Below are positions 44,140-60,060 of a stretch of 64,000 bases of DNA, piece by piece (the first letter of the stretch is position 1; each line of letters starts with the position of its first letter). Source of the stretch: Octopus vulgaris. Taxonomy: Eukaryota. The stretch is from contig OX597815.1 of assembly GCA_951406725.2 (NCBI GenBank), positions 185,194,001-185,258,000 on the forward strand. Reading direction: 5' to 3'. Made by a program: the position numbers and the translations under genes. The notes below the pieces were generated by a model, which worked only from the letters and a program-made list of their open reading frames with translations, was not told the DNA's origin and made no database searches.

Positions 44140-44975
44140 TTAAGGTAGCATGCCGGCCGAATCATTATCAACGCCGGAAAAAACACGTAGCGGCATTTGG
44201 TCCGTCTTCGTGCTCCGAGCCTAAAGTTCGCCGAGAGAGACTTTGCCCTTTCATCGCTTCGAGATTCTTGAAATAAAATAAGCACCAGTTGAGCACAGTG
44301 GGGTGGATGTAGTAAATTTATCCCTTCCGCACGGAATTGCCGGCCCCTGCTAAGATTTGTTGTTGCTCTTCAAAAGCGGCGAGCTGGCAGAATCATTAGC
44401 ATGCCGGGCGAAATGCGTAGCCGTATTTCGTCTGCTGCTACGTTCTGAGTTCGAATTCCGCCGAGGTCGACTTTGCCTTTCATCCCTTCGGGGTCGATAA
44501 ATTAAGTACCAGCTGCGCACTGGTGTCGATATAATCGACTTAATCCGTTTTCTGTCCTTGTTTGTCCTCTTTGTGTTTAGCTCCTTGTGGGTAGTAAAGA
44601 AATCGGTATTTCGTCTGTCGCTACGTTCTGAGTTCGAACTCCGCCGAGGTCGTCTTTGCCTTTCATCCTTTCGGAGGTCGATAAATTAAGTACCAGTTGC
44701 GCACTGGAGTCGATATAATCGACTTAATCTGTTTGTCTGTCCTTGTTTGTCCTCTCTGTGTTTAGCCCCTTGTGGGTAGTAAAGAATTTAAATCGTTAGC
44801 AAAGCCAGACAGAATGCTTAGCGACAAGTCGTGAGTTCAAATGCGACCGAGGTCGACTTTGCCAATCATTCCTTTTGGAATTAATATAATAAGAACCATT
44901 TGTGCATTGGGAGTCCTAATCGACTAACCCTCTCTCCCCAAATTTCAGGATTTGTGCGTATAGTAGAAAACATTA
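44140..44975 (+). mobile_element. SINE family 2 cluster (young dimer at 44374-44790 among older copies)
   Basis: Repeated ccgaggtcgactttgcctttcatcc motifs. Confidence 0.85.
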
Positions 44976-45570
44976 TTATCATCATGAGATGTTGTTTCAA
45001 TATATTTATTACAATGTTTTCATTTTCTAAATTGTAAAATCGATCAAATTTCCCCATTTTAAAGATATTATTAAATGTGTTTATCGTTTCCAACATATAT
45101 TCGTTCGACTTTTCTCTCCTACAATCTCTCTTTCTTACTCGCTCATTCACTTTCTCCCCCTCCGTATTTATATGGATATATTATATATGTGCGTCTGCAT
45201 TTGTGCATATTTAAACTAAAATCTGTTTATCACATTTTAAATACTATCTTTCTTCTTCTCAAACAGTAAATTTTTGATCGTTTATTTATGTATATATGTA
45301 TATGTGTATATACATGTGTGTGTATGTGTGCGTGTGTATGTATGTATATATCTATGTATGTATGTATGTAAGTATGTATGCATGTATGTATGTATGCATG
45401 CATGTACGTATGTATCTATCTATCTATCTATCTATCTATTCATCCATCCATCCATCTATCTATCTATCTATCTATCTATATATCTATCTATCTATCTATC
45501 TATCTATCTTACTATCTATCTTACCATCTATCTATCCATCTATATGTTTGTCTGTCTGTCTGTTTGTCTG

Positions 45571-45613
<43 letters not shown>

Positions 45614-45718
45614 ATATATATATGTACATATATACACTTACAAAAAGGAAAATACTAGTAAAAGTATGGGCATATATATATTTTATCAACTTTCGGCCAA
45701 TCGGTCAAATATCCCAAT

Positions 45719-45780
<62 letters not shown>

Positions 45781-45804
45781 CCGATATAACTTGTATGTTT
45801 GCGT

Positions 45805-47182
<1,378 letters not shown>

Positions 47183-47209
47183 AACATATCATATATAAAC
47201 TGTAATATA

Positions 47210-47252
<43 letters not shown>

Positions 47253-47486
47253 GTGTGTGTGTGTGTGTATGTATATCTGTATGTATATTCGTTTTATTCT
47301 TGGTATACACTCAGTCGTACATGACAATTTGTTTGAAAAGAAAATATTAGTTTCTTTATTTTTTTTGCTCAATTAATATGATAACTTTAAGCGAAAGAAA
47401 ACGTACCGATAAGAAAGAAACGCGCAAAAAGAGAAAACTGAGTTCTTTAATGATAAATAGAGCTTTAAATAACTTATAATAAAATG

Positions 47487-47860
<374 letters not shown>

Positions 47861-49039
47861 CATGTATTCATACATAAATATTCATGCATATCTTCGAAAT
47901 AGAGAATCGTACACATTTGTCTTACATAAGTATTTATTCATAGAGCGAAAGACAGTTATAATAACATCGCGAGAAAAAAAAAGTTTGAGAATAAGCAGAT
48001 GCTAATATGAAATGATAATGAGGAATTTCAAGAAATATTTATATAAACTATAGTAATCGATTTTAGAATCGATCGAACATTATGGGAAATAAATTGAAAG
48101 TTAGAAGATGTTATGAAGTGAATATTTGCAAGATCGCCACCGACGCTATGTAACAGGCACTAATTCTCTTATCATTCATCTTTGTATTACTTTGTTGTTT
48201 AGTCAAGGTTAACCCTGATGGAGCAGGTCCGTCATCAAAAGGATTCTAGCTATGATCTTCTCGCCTTTATATATAAAAATAGACTATGCTCTCTATTGTG
48301 CGTGTAATTATTTTCCAGCAGAGTGGTGTCGTGTCTGAGGAATTTGGTTAATGTTTCTAGCATGTCAGACGACTGCATAGAAGTTCTTTGTTTACTCGTA
48401 GATTACATTGTGAATTCAAAGACTGTCTTGATGACTCTATATTTCCTTGTTAACATTGTTGTTGCTATTACTATCACCATTCGTTATATTGATTACTATT
48501 GACTACAGAATAACAAAAAGTCGACTAAATCGATCACAGTGTATTACTGCTACTTCTTTTATCGATTCCGAAAGAACAGAAAAATCGAGATCGATCTGTG
48601 CAGGATATTGTCGTCTCTGAACTAGAAAGTATTTTTATTCTCAAAGCAGCTTTCCAAACAACTTTCTTGTCTTGGCCATCTACATTCGAGTTATTGATTG
48701 TTGAGATCATATAAATTAGTGTTGCCCTTGAAAATATATCAATGTCATATTATTTCAGAGTTTTGTCTCAAACATTTAAACTTTTGAATCCTGATATAAG
48801 CAAAATATCATTTATAGGTTTTTGGTGTAGAATTAGCAGTAAAAAGAAAAAATTAAGAATGCAACAGAATTTTTGCTTCAAGCTAAAAGTTATTTCATTT
48901 TGCTTAAAGTGGTGACCTTGAAAACTTTCATCTCAAAAATCACATTTTCATCTCTTAATTTGCAAAGAACTTGAATTTAAACAATAATAAATCACCTGTT
49001 ATACTGGTTTCTAGTCTTGTGAAAACACTCTTTTTATTA

Positions 49040-49366
49040 TCATTCTCATTCCTATAGTATTTTTCGATGTTATTATTATTATTTAGGAATCGAAATCGGA
49101 ATCTTGGGGTTAGTAGCCCGCGCTCTGAACCACTATGCCATATACCCGTAGGCAATTATGAACTGAATTTTAGGGCTTATAAATCTAATATTTTCCATTC
49201 CTTCCTTAATACCGGTTCCCATATGATACTCATATCTGCACTAAGTCTGCTTTTAGATTTATAAGCCCTAAAATTCACTCTGTAATTATCCACGGGCATA
49301 TAGCGTAGTGGTTAAGAGCGTGAGTTACTAACTCCAAGATTCCGAGTTCGATTCCATGCAGTGACC

Positions 49367-49403
<37 letters not shown>

Positions 49404-49577
49404 CATCGAAAAATACCTTAGGAATGAGAACCCAGGTTCGAAATTTCCCCCAAGACACCTGATGAAGCCTGGATGGTACATCACCGAAACGTTTTTAAGA
49501 ATAATCAAGATGAGGACAAATTTCCGTCAAATGTAGATAATGTACATAATTCCTCATCTCTCAAATATAGAACTGTA
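49040..49577. mobile_element. tRNA-head + (AAT)n + hammerhead element, family A (49294-49577, +), with an inverted partial copy (49040-49190, -)
   Basis: A box tagcgtagtgg, B box gagttcgattcc; acac-CTGATGA...GAAACGTT at 49455-49493; inverted arms aattttagggcttataaatctaa / ttagatttataagccctaaaatt. Confidence 0.8.
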
Positions 49578-49799
49578 TAATCTTAATCTCTGAAGTTGTT
49601 GACCTGCAACAAAAAAAGTCGAATTCATTTAAAATCATACGCTATTATTATACTAAAGGATATTTTATTCAAGCTCGTCTTTAAGGTGCAAAAAAAAGGG
49701 TTAAACTAGAAAAATTCTTCCTAAAATTTATTGTTTTCTAAAATTATATATATTTAGAGTATGAAAAACTTTATTAATCGCTCTGGCAAGATCTATTCC

Positions 49800-50330
49800 T
49801 ACATTATTTGAATAACTGAACGCTTGAATATTTCAGTCTAAGTACTGTCTTTATATTTGAAGCAGCCTGTGTTGTTTCTAGTAGAGCAGTATGCAATTGT
49901 CTCTGCACAAATATATCAGCTACGGAGTATATACGTGTTGTAGTCAACGATTGATTTGGAGAAAAATTGATTGCCATTGTGAAAGCCACTCGAACTGGAA
50001 ACTGTAATCGAGAAAGGGTGAAGTGCTAAGTAATGTTGCGGCAAAATGATATATATTGTGTAATGTTCACATCCTGGAACAATGTTGCCTTCAGTCAGGC
50101 GTTCACGTAAATGGACTGTTTGAATTCTTGCTCCCTTGAAATATCTACTTGTCATATTTATATTTCCTAACCGCAATACAACAGACCCTCTTCACAAAGT
50201 AAAGTATACAGGGCAGTCCATCATCGATACAACTGTTTAGGAACATCATTAGAGAAGTGTACAAATTGTCTTAATCATCGAAGGAATCAATAATTTTGCA
50301 ATTCTTTCTTCAAACATGTTGACGCTCTTT
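49800..50330 (-). pseudogene. Helitron PIF1-like helicase C-terminal relic
   Basis: RLQFPVRVAFTMAINFSPNQSL...IY...IFVQRQLHTAL matches QFPVRLAFAMTINKSQGQSL...VFSHGQLYVALSR; upstream FLNS..DGLP and RLGNIN-like segments. Confidence 0.72.
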
Positions 50331-50544
50331 TAATTTATAGAATAAAAAAGAAAATTCAGTATTGGATAAAGTTGGTCATTTTGGAGACTAGGCTGTTTGG
50401 AAATTTGACCTGATCTTATTTCACTTTCATTTGATGCAACCTCAGCTCAGTTTGAAAGCTCATTGCTGCCATCAAATTCAGATTGTTTATTTCCTTCACC
50501 GAACACAAAGTAAAAAGATTAATAGACACGTTACCCTTCATTCT

Positions 50545-50760
50545 TATTTCTTATTTCTTTATTGCCCAGAAGGAGCTAAACATAAAGGGGACAAACAAGA
50601 ACAGACAAAGGGATTGAGTCAATTACATCGCCAGACATAGGGATTAAGTCAATTACGTCGATAAATTAAGTACCAGTACCTAATTTATCGACCCCGGTAC
50701 TTAATTTATCGACTCCGAAAGGATGAAAGGCAAAGTCGACCTCGGCGCAATTTGAACTTG
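50545..50760 (-). mobile_element. Rearranged SINE family 2 fragment
   Basis: aaggatgaaaggcaaagtcgacctcggc, with internal stutters. Confidence 0.78.
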
Positions 50761-51473
50761 ATTCTGTGGGCGAAAATTCCTTGTCAGTCTGAGATTCATA
50801 ATTCCTTTAAAAATGATGAATGCTTCCTAGGTTTTCACAATAGCAACTCTGCTAGATTTCATTGTGTTCGTCAACAATTGCCTTCATATACTAAGATCTT
50901 GCCTCCAAAATTTAAACCATTTTACACGCAAAATTCAAATCAATTTTACATGCCAACAGATGAATTATGTGCCTCAAATTATTCTTGTTAACATCAATGA
51001 TGTAAGCCACATTTCCCGTCAGCTGAAAAAGGAATTTAGAATTTTGAATGAGTGATACAAGTAATTTTGTAAGACAGGACAGTAAGAACTTGATAATCTA
51101 AACAAGCTTCCAGGACCAGTTGTCAAGAACGGAATGAAAATTGGGTTGTTGATGCAATAAGGTGTAAAATTCCTGTCAAGTCTCTTAAGGCAATGCTTCT
51201 TTTCGACTAGTAGCTTCAGTTTTCTGTAGGGACAGAGAATTTTGAGATTATCGGGAGATAATTCAAAAAGTTGTCATTCCTAGGTAATCTAGGAATGCCA
51301 AGATGAAAGTAAATACCATTTTGTTGACAGAAAGTGTACAAACCTGTGATAACATACTTCTAACTATTCATCATCGTTAGGATGCTGTAATCGATGACGC
51401 CATTTTACCATTGACAACTCGTGATTTTGAAAGGATGCCTGTTGACCTGAAAATTCTCAAAAAAGTAATAGTC

Positions 51474-51875
51474 TTTTCTACTCTAGGCACAAGGCCCGAA
51501 ATTTTGGGCAAGGGGGAGGCGGTCGATTAGATCGACCCCAGTATGCAATTGAAACTTATTTTATCGACCCTGAAAGGGTGAAAAGCAAAGTCGACCTCGG
51601 CGGAATTTGAACTCAGAACGTAGAGACAGACGAAATACCTATTTCTTTACTACCCACAAGGGGCTAAACACAGAGGGGACAAACAAGGACAGACAAAGGG
51701 ATTAAGTCGATTATTTCGACCTCAGTGCGTAACTGGTACTTAATTTATCGACCCCGAAAGGATGAAAGGCAAAGTCAACTTCGGCGGAATTTGAACTCAG
51801 GACGTAACGGCAGATGAAATACCGCTAAGCATTTCGCTCGGCGGCGTGCTAACGTTTCTGCCAGCTCTCCGACTT
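51474..51875 (-). mobile_element. SINE family 2 dimer
   Basis: Two bodies, second restarting at gaaatacc. Confidence 0.87.
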
Positions 51876-53014
51876 CTCAAAAGACTAATATTAACAGGAA
51901 CAAATATCGAAGTTGAAACACAAAACATGTCTCAAAATCACAGACATCACTCTAATTTATCAACTTTAGAAACGGACACAATAAAACCCGACTTTAAAAG
52001 TGATTCCTTCTGTTTGGCGTCACTATTCCTCTGCAATTTTCATTTCCAAAAACGAGCTCTCCCAATTTTGTGTCGTAAAGTAATACAGAAATTATATATA
52101 TCAGAATCTTGAGACCCGACAAATTACATATCTGTTTTCCCCTCGCCTTTGGTTTACAATTTCTGTCGTCTGTTTGTGCAACTCTGATTCCATTATCGCG
52201 CACTAATTTGTGGGAGTAGCTTGAAAATTCTGACCGGAGGGATTATACACTTTACATAGCGGATTCACTATTAACCATCTAATTTGGAAAGAATACAAAT
52301 TTAGAAGTGTAGGATAGTAATTATGCTCGAATAGATCTGCAGTGTTAGGTGCCCTAAAGTGGGGAACCTTTCCTAATTACATATGGATTTCTTTCGAACG
52401 CATTGAGATTCTCAAAATTCATCTATGTTCCTAATAAACGAAACAATTATAGGAAGTTTAGTGCATGTAAACAAACGTAAGTATCTGTTATTGAACATAT
52501 GAATCGTGTTTTTTGTAGTCGGTTCAGAATCTGAGACTTTGTTTTCGATTATTTATTAAAAACATTAAGCGAGTTATGCGTGATAAATGCATATTGGAAA
52601 ATATATGTACGGCTCCTTTTCTTTTTCTTTGACAAAAGCAATTGTGTATGTATGTGTGTGTGTGTGTGTGTGTTTGTGTTTGTGTATGTGTGTGTGTTTG
52701 TGTGTGAATTTTTCAAATTAAATATAGCCATTTATCGCACGTCTAAGACGGAATATTGTAGTACATCTACCATTACTATGAAAGATCTCCCACACTCTTA
52801 CAATCAAAGATTCTCTTACACCATCTTCCTTCATCTTCCTTTTTTTCTCTCTCTCTCCCTCGCACACAAGATTCCTATACAAATATGCATATATATTCGC
52901 ACATATATGCATGCATATTTATAAACATACGCGTGTATGTATGTATATTTATGAATTGAATATATATATATGTATGTGCATGCATTTATTAATTAAATAT
53001 ATATATATGTGTGT

Positions 53015-53305
53015 GGAGGCGCAATGGCCCAGTGGTTTGGAAAGCGGACGCGCGGTCGAAGGATTTCGATTCACAGACCGGGCATTGTGAGTGTTTATTG
53101 AGCGAAAACACCCAAAGCTCCACGAGTATACGGCAGGGGGTGTTCGCAATCCCTGCTGTATTCTTTCGCCACAACTTTCTCTCACACTTTCTTCTGTTGG
53201 CCTGCTCGCGTAGCCAGCGGGGTGGCGTCATTTTAAGGCTAAATCAATGCGAAGCGCACTGTGACCAGCGATGTGTAGCAACATCTGATAGCCTGGTCGG
53301 TCAGG

Positions 53306-53310
<5 letters not shown>
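53015..53310 (+). mobile_element. tRNA-derived SINE family 3, full length
   Basis: ggaggcgcaatggcccagtggtt (A box), tttcgattc (B-box-like), ends in (TA)n; partial copies at 6002 and 24216. Confidence 0.85.
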
Positions 53311-53360
<50 letters not shown>

Positions 53361-53908
53361 GTATGCGTGTGTGTATTCACGTAAGTATTGTCATTTATTC
53401 TATGTTTGATATATGCATGTATCTATATTCATACGAAGCACATTTCTCTACCCACACCTTGACAAACTATTCTTAATATTTCCACTACATTTCCAATAAG
53501 CGAAGTAAACACAGGCAACTGCTGCAGCTAAAGTAACTGGATAAATTTTAAAAGCCCGCATAAAGCAAATATACATCAGTTTTCATGTGAAATGTGTATC
53601 TCATAGGCGTGAACGCTCCCATTTTTTTTTCCTAAACAGGCCTACCCGTATACATATACATACATACATAAGTCGGCACGCTTAAAAGTATCTGTTGCTA
53701 TTTGATGCTCTTAGCAGAGTTCAAACTGTGCAAGGCTTCAAGCACAGTTATTATGTACAACGATACACCGTTCCTTCTCCGTACCGCAAACGTTCGTCAC
53801 TCTAAATTGTTATGCTTGCTCTCACAAGTTAAGACATTTACAAATACACACATATTCAACATACGCATATAAATATAGACTTATATACATATATACATAC
53901 ATGCATAC

Positions 53909-53941
<33 letters not shown>

Positions 53942-54148
53942 TGTATGTATGTATGTATGTATGTATGTATGTATGTATGTATGTATGCATGTATGTATGT
54001 ATGTATGTATGTATACATATAAACATCTTAAACTCTAAGCTAGACGGGCTGTACCCAGGTCATGACTACTCGGTACTCGGTACCATATGTATATGCAAAT
54101 AAATATATATATGCACACACACACGCACATATATATATAAATATATAT

Positions 54149-54202
<54 letters not shown>

Positions 54203-54204
<2 letters not shown>

Positions 54205-54407
54205 AATGTGACCTCGTGTGTACCGTTGGCGAGTTTTTCCTCTATCTTCCCTTCTCTGGATCTTTACCTCTCCTCTGTTTCCGACGAAGAACTCCGCTCG
54301 AAACGTTAAACCCTCCTTTTTCCTTCTTTCCTGAGCGTCCAATAATAATATATTTGTTCACGTCCTCGCGTTGTTGTGTTTTTTTTTGTGCTTTCTTGTT
54401 TGGATTA

Positions 54408-54412
<5 letters not shown>
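54203..54412 (+). mobile_element. Short PLE-pLTR-like element, family C, with HHR motif at 54277-54311
   Basis: gttt-CCGACGA-a-gaac tcc gctc-GAAA-cg-TT-aaac; homologous to 59800-60018; (TA)n on both sides. Confidence 0.72.
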
Positions 54413-54477
<65 letters not shown>

Positions 54478-54496
54478 CATATTTACGCTCATTGTT

Positions 54497-54553
<57 letters not shown>

Positions 54554-54623
54554 TACATACACACAGAGACATATTCAGAGTGTACAGAAGTGAATCAAAT
54601 ATACATAGGTACATATACAAGTG

Positions 54624-54859
54624 ATAATAAGTATCTGAACGAGATGTAAACAGTAACTGCTCGACAACATAAAGTATACTAGCCATCTTAATATGGCTAA
54701 CCACTAAGGGTGGGTGTTACTGTAGCTTTTAGCCCCAGGAGATCATCGTCTCCAGCCGGCTTTAGGCACAGCCAGCTGGAGACGATGATCTCCTGGGGCT
54801 AAAAGCTACAGTAACACCCACCCTTAGTGGTTAGCCATATTGAGATGGCTAGTATACTT
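54624..54859. mobile_element. TSD-flanked insertion consisting mostly of a 190-bp near-perfect hairpin
   Basis: Arms about 54670-54761 and 54770-54861; 14-bp direct repeat tacatatacaagtg at 54610-54623 and 54860-54873. Confidence 0.85.
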
Positions 54860-55725
54860 TACATATACAAGTGGTATACCTAATAATTACAAAAATGAAA
54901 TCTGTAATGAATTGCGACTATGTATTATGTAAATATGCATGAATGAATGTATATGCGTACATATGTGTATATGTACATATCTTTGTATGTGTGTGTACGT
55001 ATGCACGTACGTGCGTGTATCTATATATATATATGCGTGTCCGAGCATGAGTATGTATATATGTATATGTACATGTAAGTTCATCAACTTAATGACCGGT
55101 GAATTCTTGAAGGTCAGCCAAGGACAATGTCAATTTTAAGCGACCATGAAGAATAAATTAGCAGAACAAAACAACAGAATGCCACACCCTTTTAATATGA
55201 ATTCCAAAACTTACCATCCATAACATAGCCACTCTTCCACTGCATCTAGAGCGGTCTCGTCAACAGATTTTCAACCATAGCACATTTTTTGATACGCTGA
55301 GTGGTTAGTACTACCTCGCAAGCCACGACAGACAGAAAAGGGTGCTCTAGCAGCCGTGAATTTGAATTTACAGAACACAGAAGAAAGAAATATTTATACA
55401 CCACCTGAGGAAACACAACATTTCATAATGAGTGGAAGCGGTTACATAAACAAATGACTGCGAACCTGGAGAACTACGTTGCGTGGAAACAATTGTAGTG
55501 ATTACAAATATATGTTCGTCTAGCTCCAACTTGTTCAATTATCCATTGACACACGACAGATGACCAAACACAAAACTTGGAAGTACGAATAATACTACTA
55601 CTGGATAGCACCGGATGAGATCTGAGAGTGGATCAGCTTTAAATTGTACTCTAATACGTTCTTAACAGAATATAGCTTAACTAAGGCGGCGAGGTGTGTC
55701 TATGTGTGTGTGTGTATGTGTGTGT

Positions 55726-55770
<45 letters not shown>

Positions 55771-55950
55771 ACCACACAAACATGATTTTTATTGAACTCA
55801 AAATACTTATTGTATTCTCTTTCTTGAATACTTTCATGTAAACTATTTTTAACATTTTCTTATCATGATCAAAAAATGTATAACTCTATTTTAATACTTT
55901 CGTTAAACCATTTTTAACACAACAAAGCTTATACAAAAACCTTACATTTT

Positions 55951-55992
55951 ACTTTTGATAAACTTTTTCTAAAAAAGTAAAACCGGTCAAGT
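55951..55992 (+). ncRNA. Minimal hammerhead-like motif, U3:A8 variant with G12A
   Basis: actt-TTGATAA-acttttt cta aaaaagt-AAAA-ccgg-TC-aagt. Confidence 0.6.
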
Positions 55993-56121
55993 CAATAGAC
56001 ATCTCTAAGTGACCTTTGCATTTTCAAACCTTCTTTCATATATATAAATAAATATATATATATATATACATACATACATATACATACACACATATATATA
56101 GAGATATATACATACATACAT

Positions 56122-56234
<113 letters not shown>

Positions 56235-56417
56235 CATGTATGTATGCATATCATTATATTTTATATATCAAACTACAATGATATATAAATCAAAAACTTT
56301 GACTGCAATGACTTTAAATTATACTACCAAGTATAACTAAATCATATATATGTGGAGGTGTGTATTGATAGAGAGATACATAGGTAGATAGGCAGATGTA
56401 GATAGATAAACAGATAA

Positions 56418-56454
<37 letters not shown>

Positions 56455-56471
56455 CAGATAGACAGATAGAC

Positions 56472-56526
<55 letters not shown>

Positions 56527-57069
56527 GAGTGAGCAATTTGATCAAATATGTCAAGGTCATTCTCCAGAGGTACCCGTTATTGTATCTATATAGGTATTAG
56601 GTGTTTGGACGTGCGTAAATGTATAACATCATATACGTAAACTTCAGTAGAAATGCAATGAATTGGAACGGTTAAATGATTTATCGGTTGACCTGTGACT
56701 TCATTGTCAGTCTGAATCAAATGCGCGTCACCACATAGAATCAATCAATTTCTCCATTTCGCAAACTTTATTGTCAAGTAAGTGAAATCTGCACAGGCTG
56801 AGGTAGTGTGGGAAATTATATGTATGTTTAGTCACTTCATAACTATTTCAATTCATCTATGCGGCAAATAGTCATGCGCAAAGAAGAGATGAAACAGCAT
56901 CGTCTTCTGAAATCCTGTCCAAAGTTCCATTGATCGTAACCGCCAGACAATCACCGTAATTCTATCCGCCACTTTGGTCTCTATAGTCAACCTGCGATAT
57001 ATATATTTATGCGTAACTAGGTACGTATAGATATCTAAGCATATATATGTATGTGTGTCGGTATGTCTT

Positions 57070-57163
<94 letters not shown>

Positions 57164-57327
57164 TATATATATATATATCAGTACATATGTCTATATGCAT
57201 TTATGTATATGAATGTATATGCATATGTATATGTATAATAAATTTGTACTCTACAAAAGTATAGAGTAAGCCATCAGATTAATGTAAAATTATCTATATT
57301 ATAACTGAACATAAAAACAAACATATA

Positions 57328-57367
<40 letters not shown>

Positions 57368-57464
57368 AAAGCACATATACACGCACACACACACACGCAC
57401 ACACACGCACACTCACTCACACACACACACACTCACACACACACAACACATACATGCATTTCGC

Positions 57465-57645
57465 CATGCTGGACCGCTGAAATCTACAAGTTTTTTTCAT
57501 TCTCTCTCTGTTTCTTTTCTGTTATTCGTTTCTGCTGAAGAGCGTAGGCTCGAAAGGTAAAGGACTTTTTCATTTTCCCCAGCGTCAAACTAATACACCT
57601 GCTCATTGTTCATACACTTGTTTTCGTCTTTTGTTTTTCTGTAAA
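57465..57645 (+). mobile_element. Family B element with HHR-like motif at 57528-57563
   Basis: gttt-CTGCTGA-a-gagc gtag gctc-GAAA-gg-TA-aagg. Confidence 0.68.
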
Positions 57646-57681
57646 TAGATAAATAGATAGACAGACAGACAGACAGACAGG

Positions 57682-57717
<36 letters not shown>

Positions 57718-57722
57718 CAGAC

Positions 57723-57777
<55 letters not shown>

Positions 57778-57827
57778 CTGACGGACAGACAGACAGACAG
57801 ACAGACGGACGGACGGACGGGCGGGCG

Positions 57828-57899
<72 letters not shown>

Positions 57900-58149
57900 T
57901 ACAGACAGATAGATAGATAGATAGATAGATAGTAATTATATGACTTTATATCATATATGTATTCATTTATACAAGTGTAAACGTCATTTAACGTATAGAT
58001 ATGTGCTTTGTCTTATGTATATGTAGATATACATCTATTTGCATACATACACACAATACATTCTAAACGTCTGGGCTGAGCTGCTTTACATATTCTGCAA
58101 TGCATTTAATGGCTTGTAGCTAAAATTTTCTAATTAGCCTTGTCAACTC

Positions 58150-58420
58150 TGATTTTGTAAATCTTAGATTCTTTCTTTACAATGCTGCTGCGACTGCCAA
58201 ATAAATTAATATTAGCTGGGCAACTGACTTTGCACTGCAGTGTACGGGTTTTGCACAATTCCTCATCATGACTGGATTGCTAAACTTGCTTTAAATTAGG
58301 CTTTGGATGTCTTCTCTATTCATTTTGATGACTTCTTTATTCATTTTCTCATTTCCATTCGCGCATCCAAAGTAATAAAAACACGTTTTTGCCGATGAAA
58401 ATCATCGGTTCTGTCTTCTA
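58150..58420 (-). pseudogene. Possible Tigger/pogo transposase N-terminal relic
   Basis: KRVFITLDARMEM resembles the pogo HTH start KRKxITLxxKxEI; otherwise broken. Confidence 0.3.
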
Positions 58421-58589
58421 ATTTTACTGTTTATTTTTCCAAGAATTCCCGCCAAACAATTCAGTTTGATTTCTTCTCTATTTTCACCTCTCTTGTGTTA
58501 AACTACAAATGCGTATACTATATACATTACCCTTATTTAAAATGATTAGAAATAGGTCAAGAAATATCAAAAATGATTAGAAATATGTC

Positions 58590-59003
58590 AAGGCGGCGAG
58601 CTGGCAAAAATGTTAGCACGCCGGGCAAAATGCTTAGTGGTATTTCGTCTGCCGTTACGTTCTGAGTTCAAATTCCGCTGAGGTCGACTTTGCCTTTCAT
58701 CCTTTAGAGGTCGATTAAATAAGTACCAGTTACGCACTGGGGTCGATATAATTGACTTAATCCGTTTGTCTGTCCTTGTTTGTTCTCTCTGTTTAGCCCC
58801 TTGTGGGTAGTAAAGAAATAGTATTTCGTCTGCCGCTACGTTGTGGGTTCAAATTCCACCGAGGTCGACTTTGCCTTTCATCCTTTCGGGGTCGATTAAA
58901 TAAGTCCCAGTTGTGCACTGGGGTCTATGTAATCGACTTAATCCCTTTGTCTGTCCTTGTTTGTCCCTTCTATGTTTAGCATTTTGTGGGCAATAAAGAA
59001 ATA
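58590..59003 (+). mobile_element. SINE family 2 dimer with TSD
   Basis: agaaatatgtcaag at 58579-58592 and 59004-59017. Confidence 0.9.
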
Positions 59004-59651
59004 AGAAATATGTCAAGAAATTAAGGCTCTATTTCTAAAAGGAGTCAGTAAGTGTTTACGTCGGACGTGAAACTTGATGCTTAACAAAAGTTTTACAGAG
59101 GAGAAAATCTTTTAAGAATACGATGCCTACAATGTGAACAATACCAAACAATAGTCATAAAATTAGGTCAAGTTTGCAAGAAGATATTCCGTTAATTCTT
59201 GGACAATGTTTTTCATAGATTTGATAAGAAGCTTAACATGTGATGCCTCCTAGGTGTGTGCATTGACAATCTAACTGGATATAGATGTAACCTTCCAATA
59301 AATATGATAGTCATTTAAACAAAAGCTATGTTAACATGACAAATTGATGAAAGAGAATGGTATCATTTCTGATGGAAAGGATGTCTAGCTAGAAAGGGCT
59401 AATTGGAAAGGTTTAAAAGGCGAAATCACCTGTGCGGATTTAAAATGAGCTCACCACCTACAATTGAATTGATGGAGAAGGTTAATTAAATAGCTTGACC
59501 CATATATACTGGATGATTCAAAATGCTAGGTATATTTAGATATAGGATACATGGTCAGCAAATTTCGAGAGCCAAATACTGTAATAGCTGCATGAGTGAG
59601 AGATTGAGTTAAGTCATTGGAAAAAAGATATATACACCAAAAAGGATTTTG

Positions 59652-59770
<119 letters not shown>

Positions 59771-59799
59771 TATATATAATATATTTCTATATATATTGA

Positions 59800-60015
59800 T
59801 TCAATTTGTGACCACGTGTGTATCGTTGGCGATTTTTTTTGCCTCCGTCTTCCCTTCCTTGGATCTTTCCTTTTTCTGTGTTTCTGACGAAGAGCTCCGG
59901 TCGAAAAGTTAAATCCTCCTTTTTTATTTCCTTTCCAGAGCGTCCAATAGCACTATACTTGTTCTACGTCATCGCGTTGTTGTGTTTTCTCTTTGTGTTT
60001 TCATGTTTGGATTAA

Positions 60016-60018
<3 letters not shown>
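59800..60018 (+). mobile_element. Family C element with HHR motif at 59880-59914
   Basis: gttt-CTGACGA-a-gagc tcc ggtc-GAAA-ag-TT-aaat. Confidence 0.72.

Positions 60019-60060
<42 letters not shown>

Noticed and set aside
49294-49370. Genuine tRNA gene
   Set aside because: Acceptor stem does not close and the copies are diverged and fused to repeats; treated as a SINE-type head
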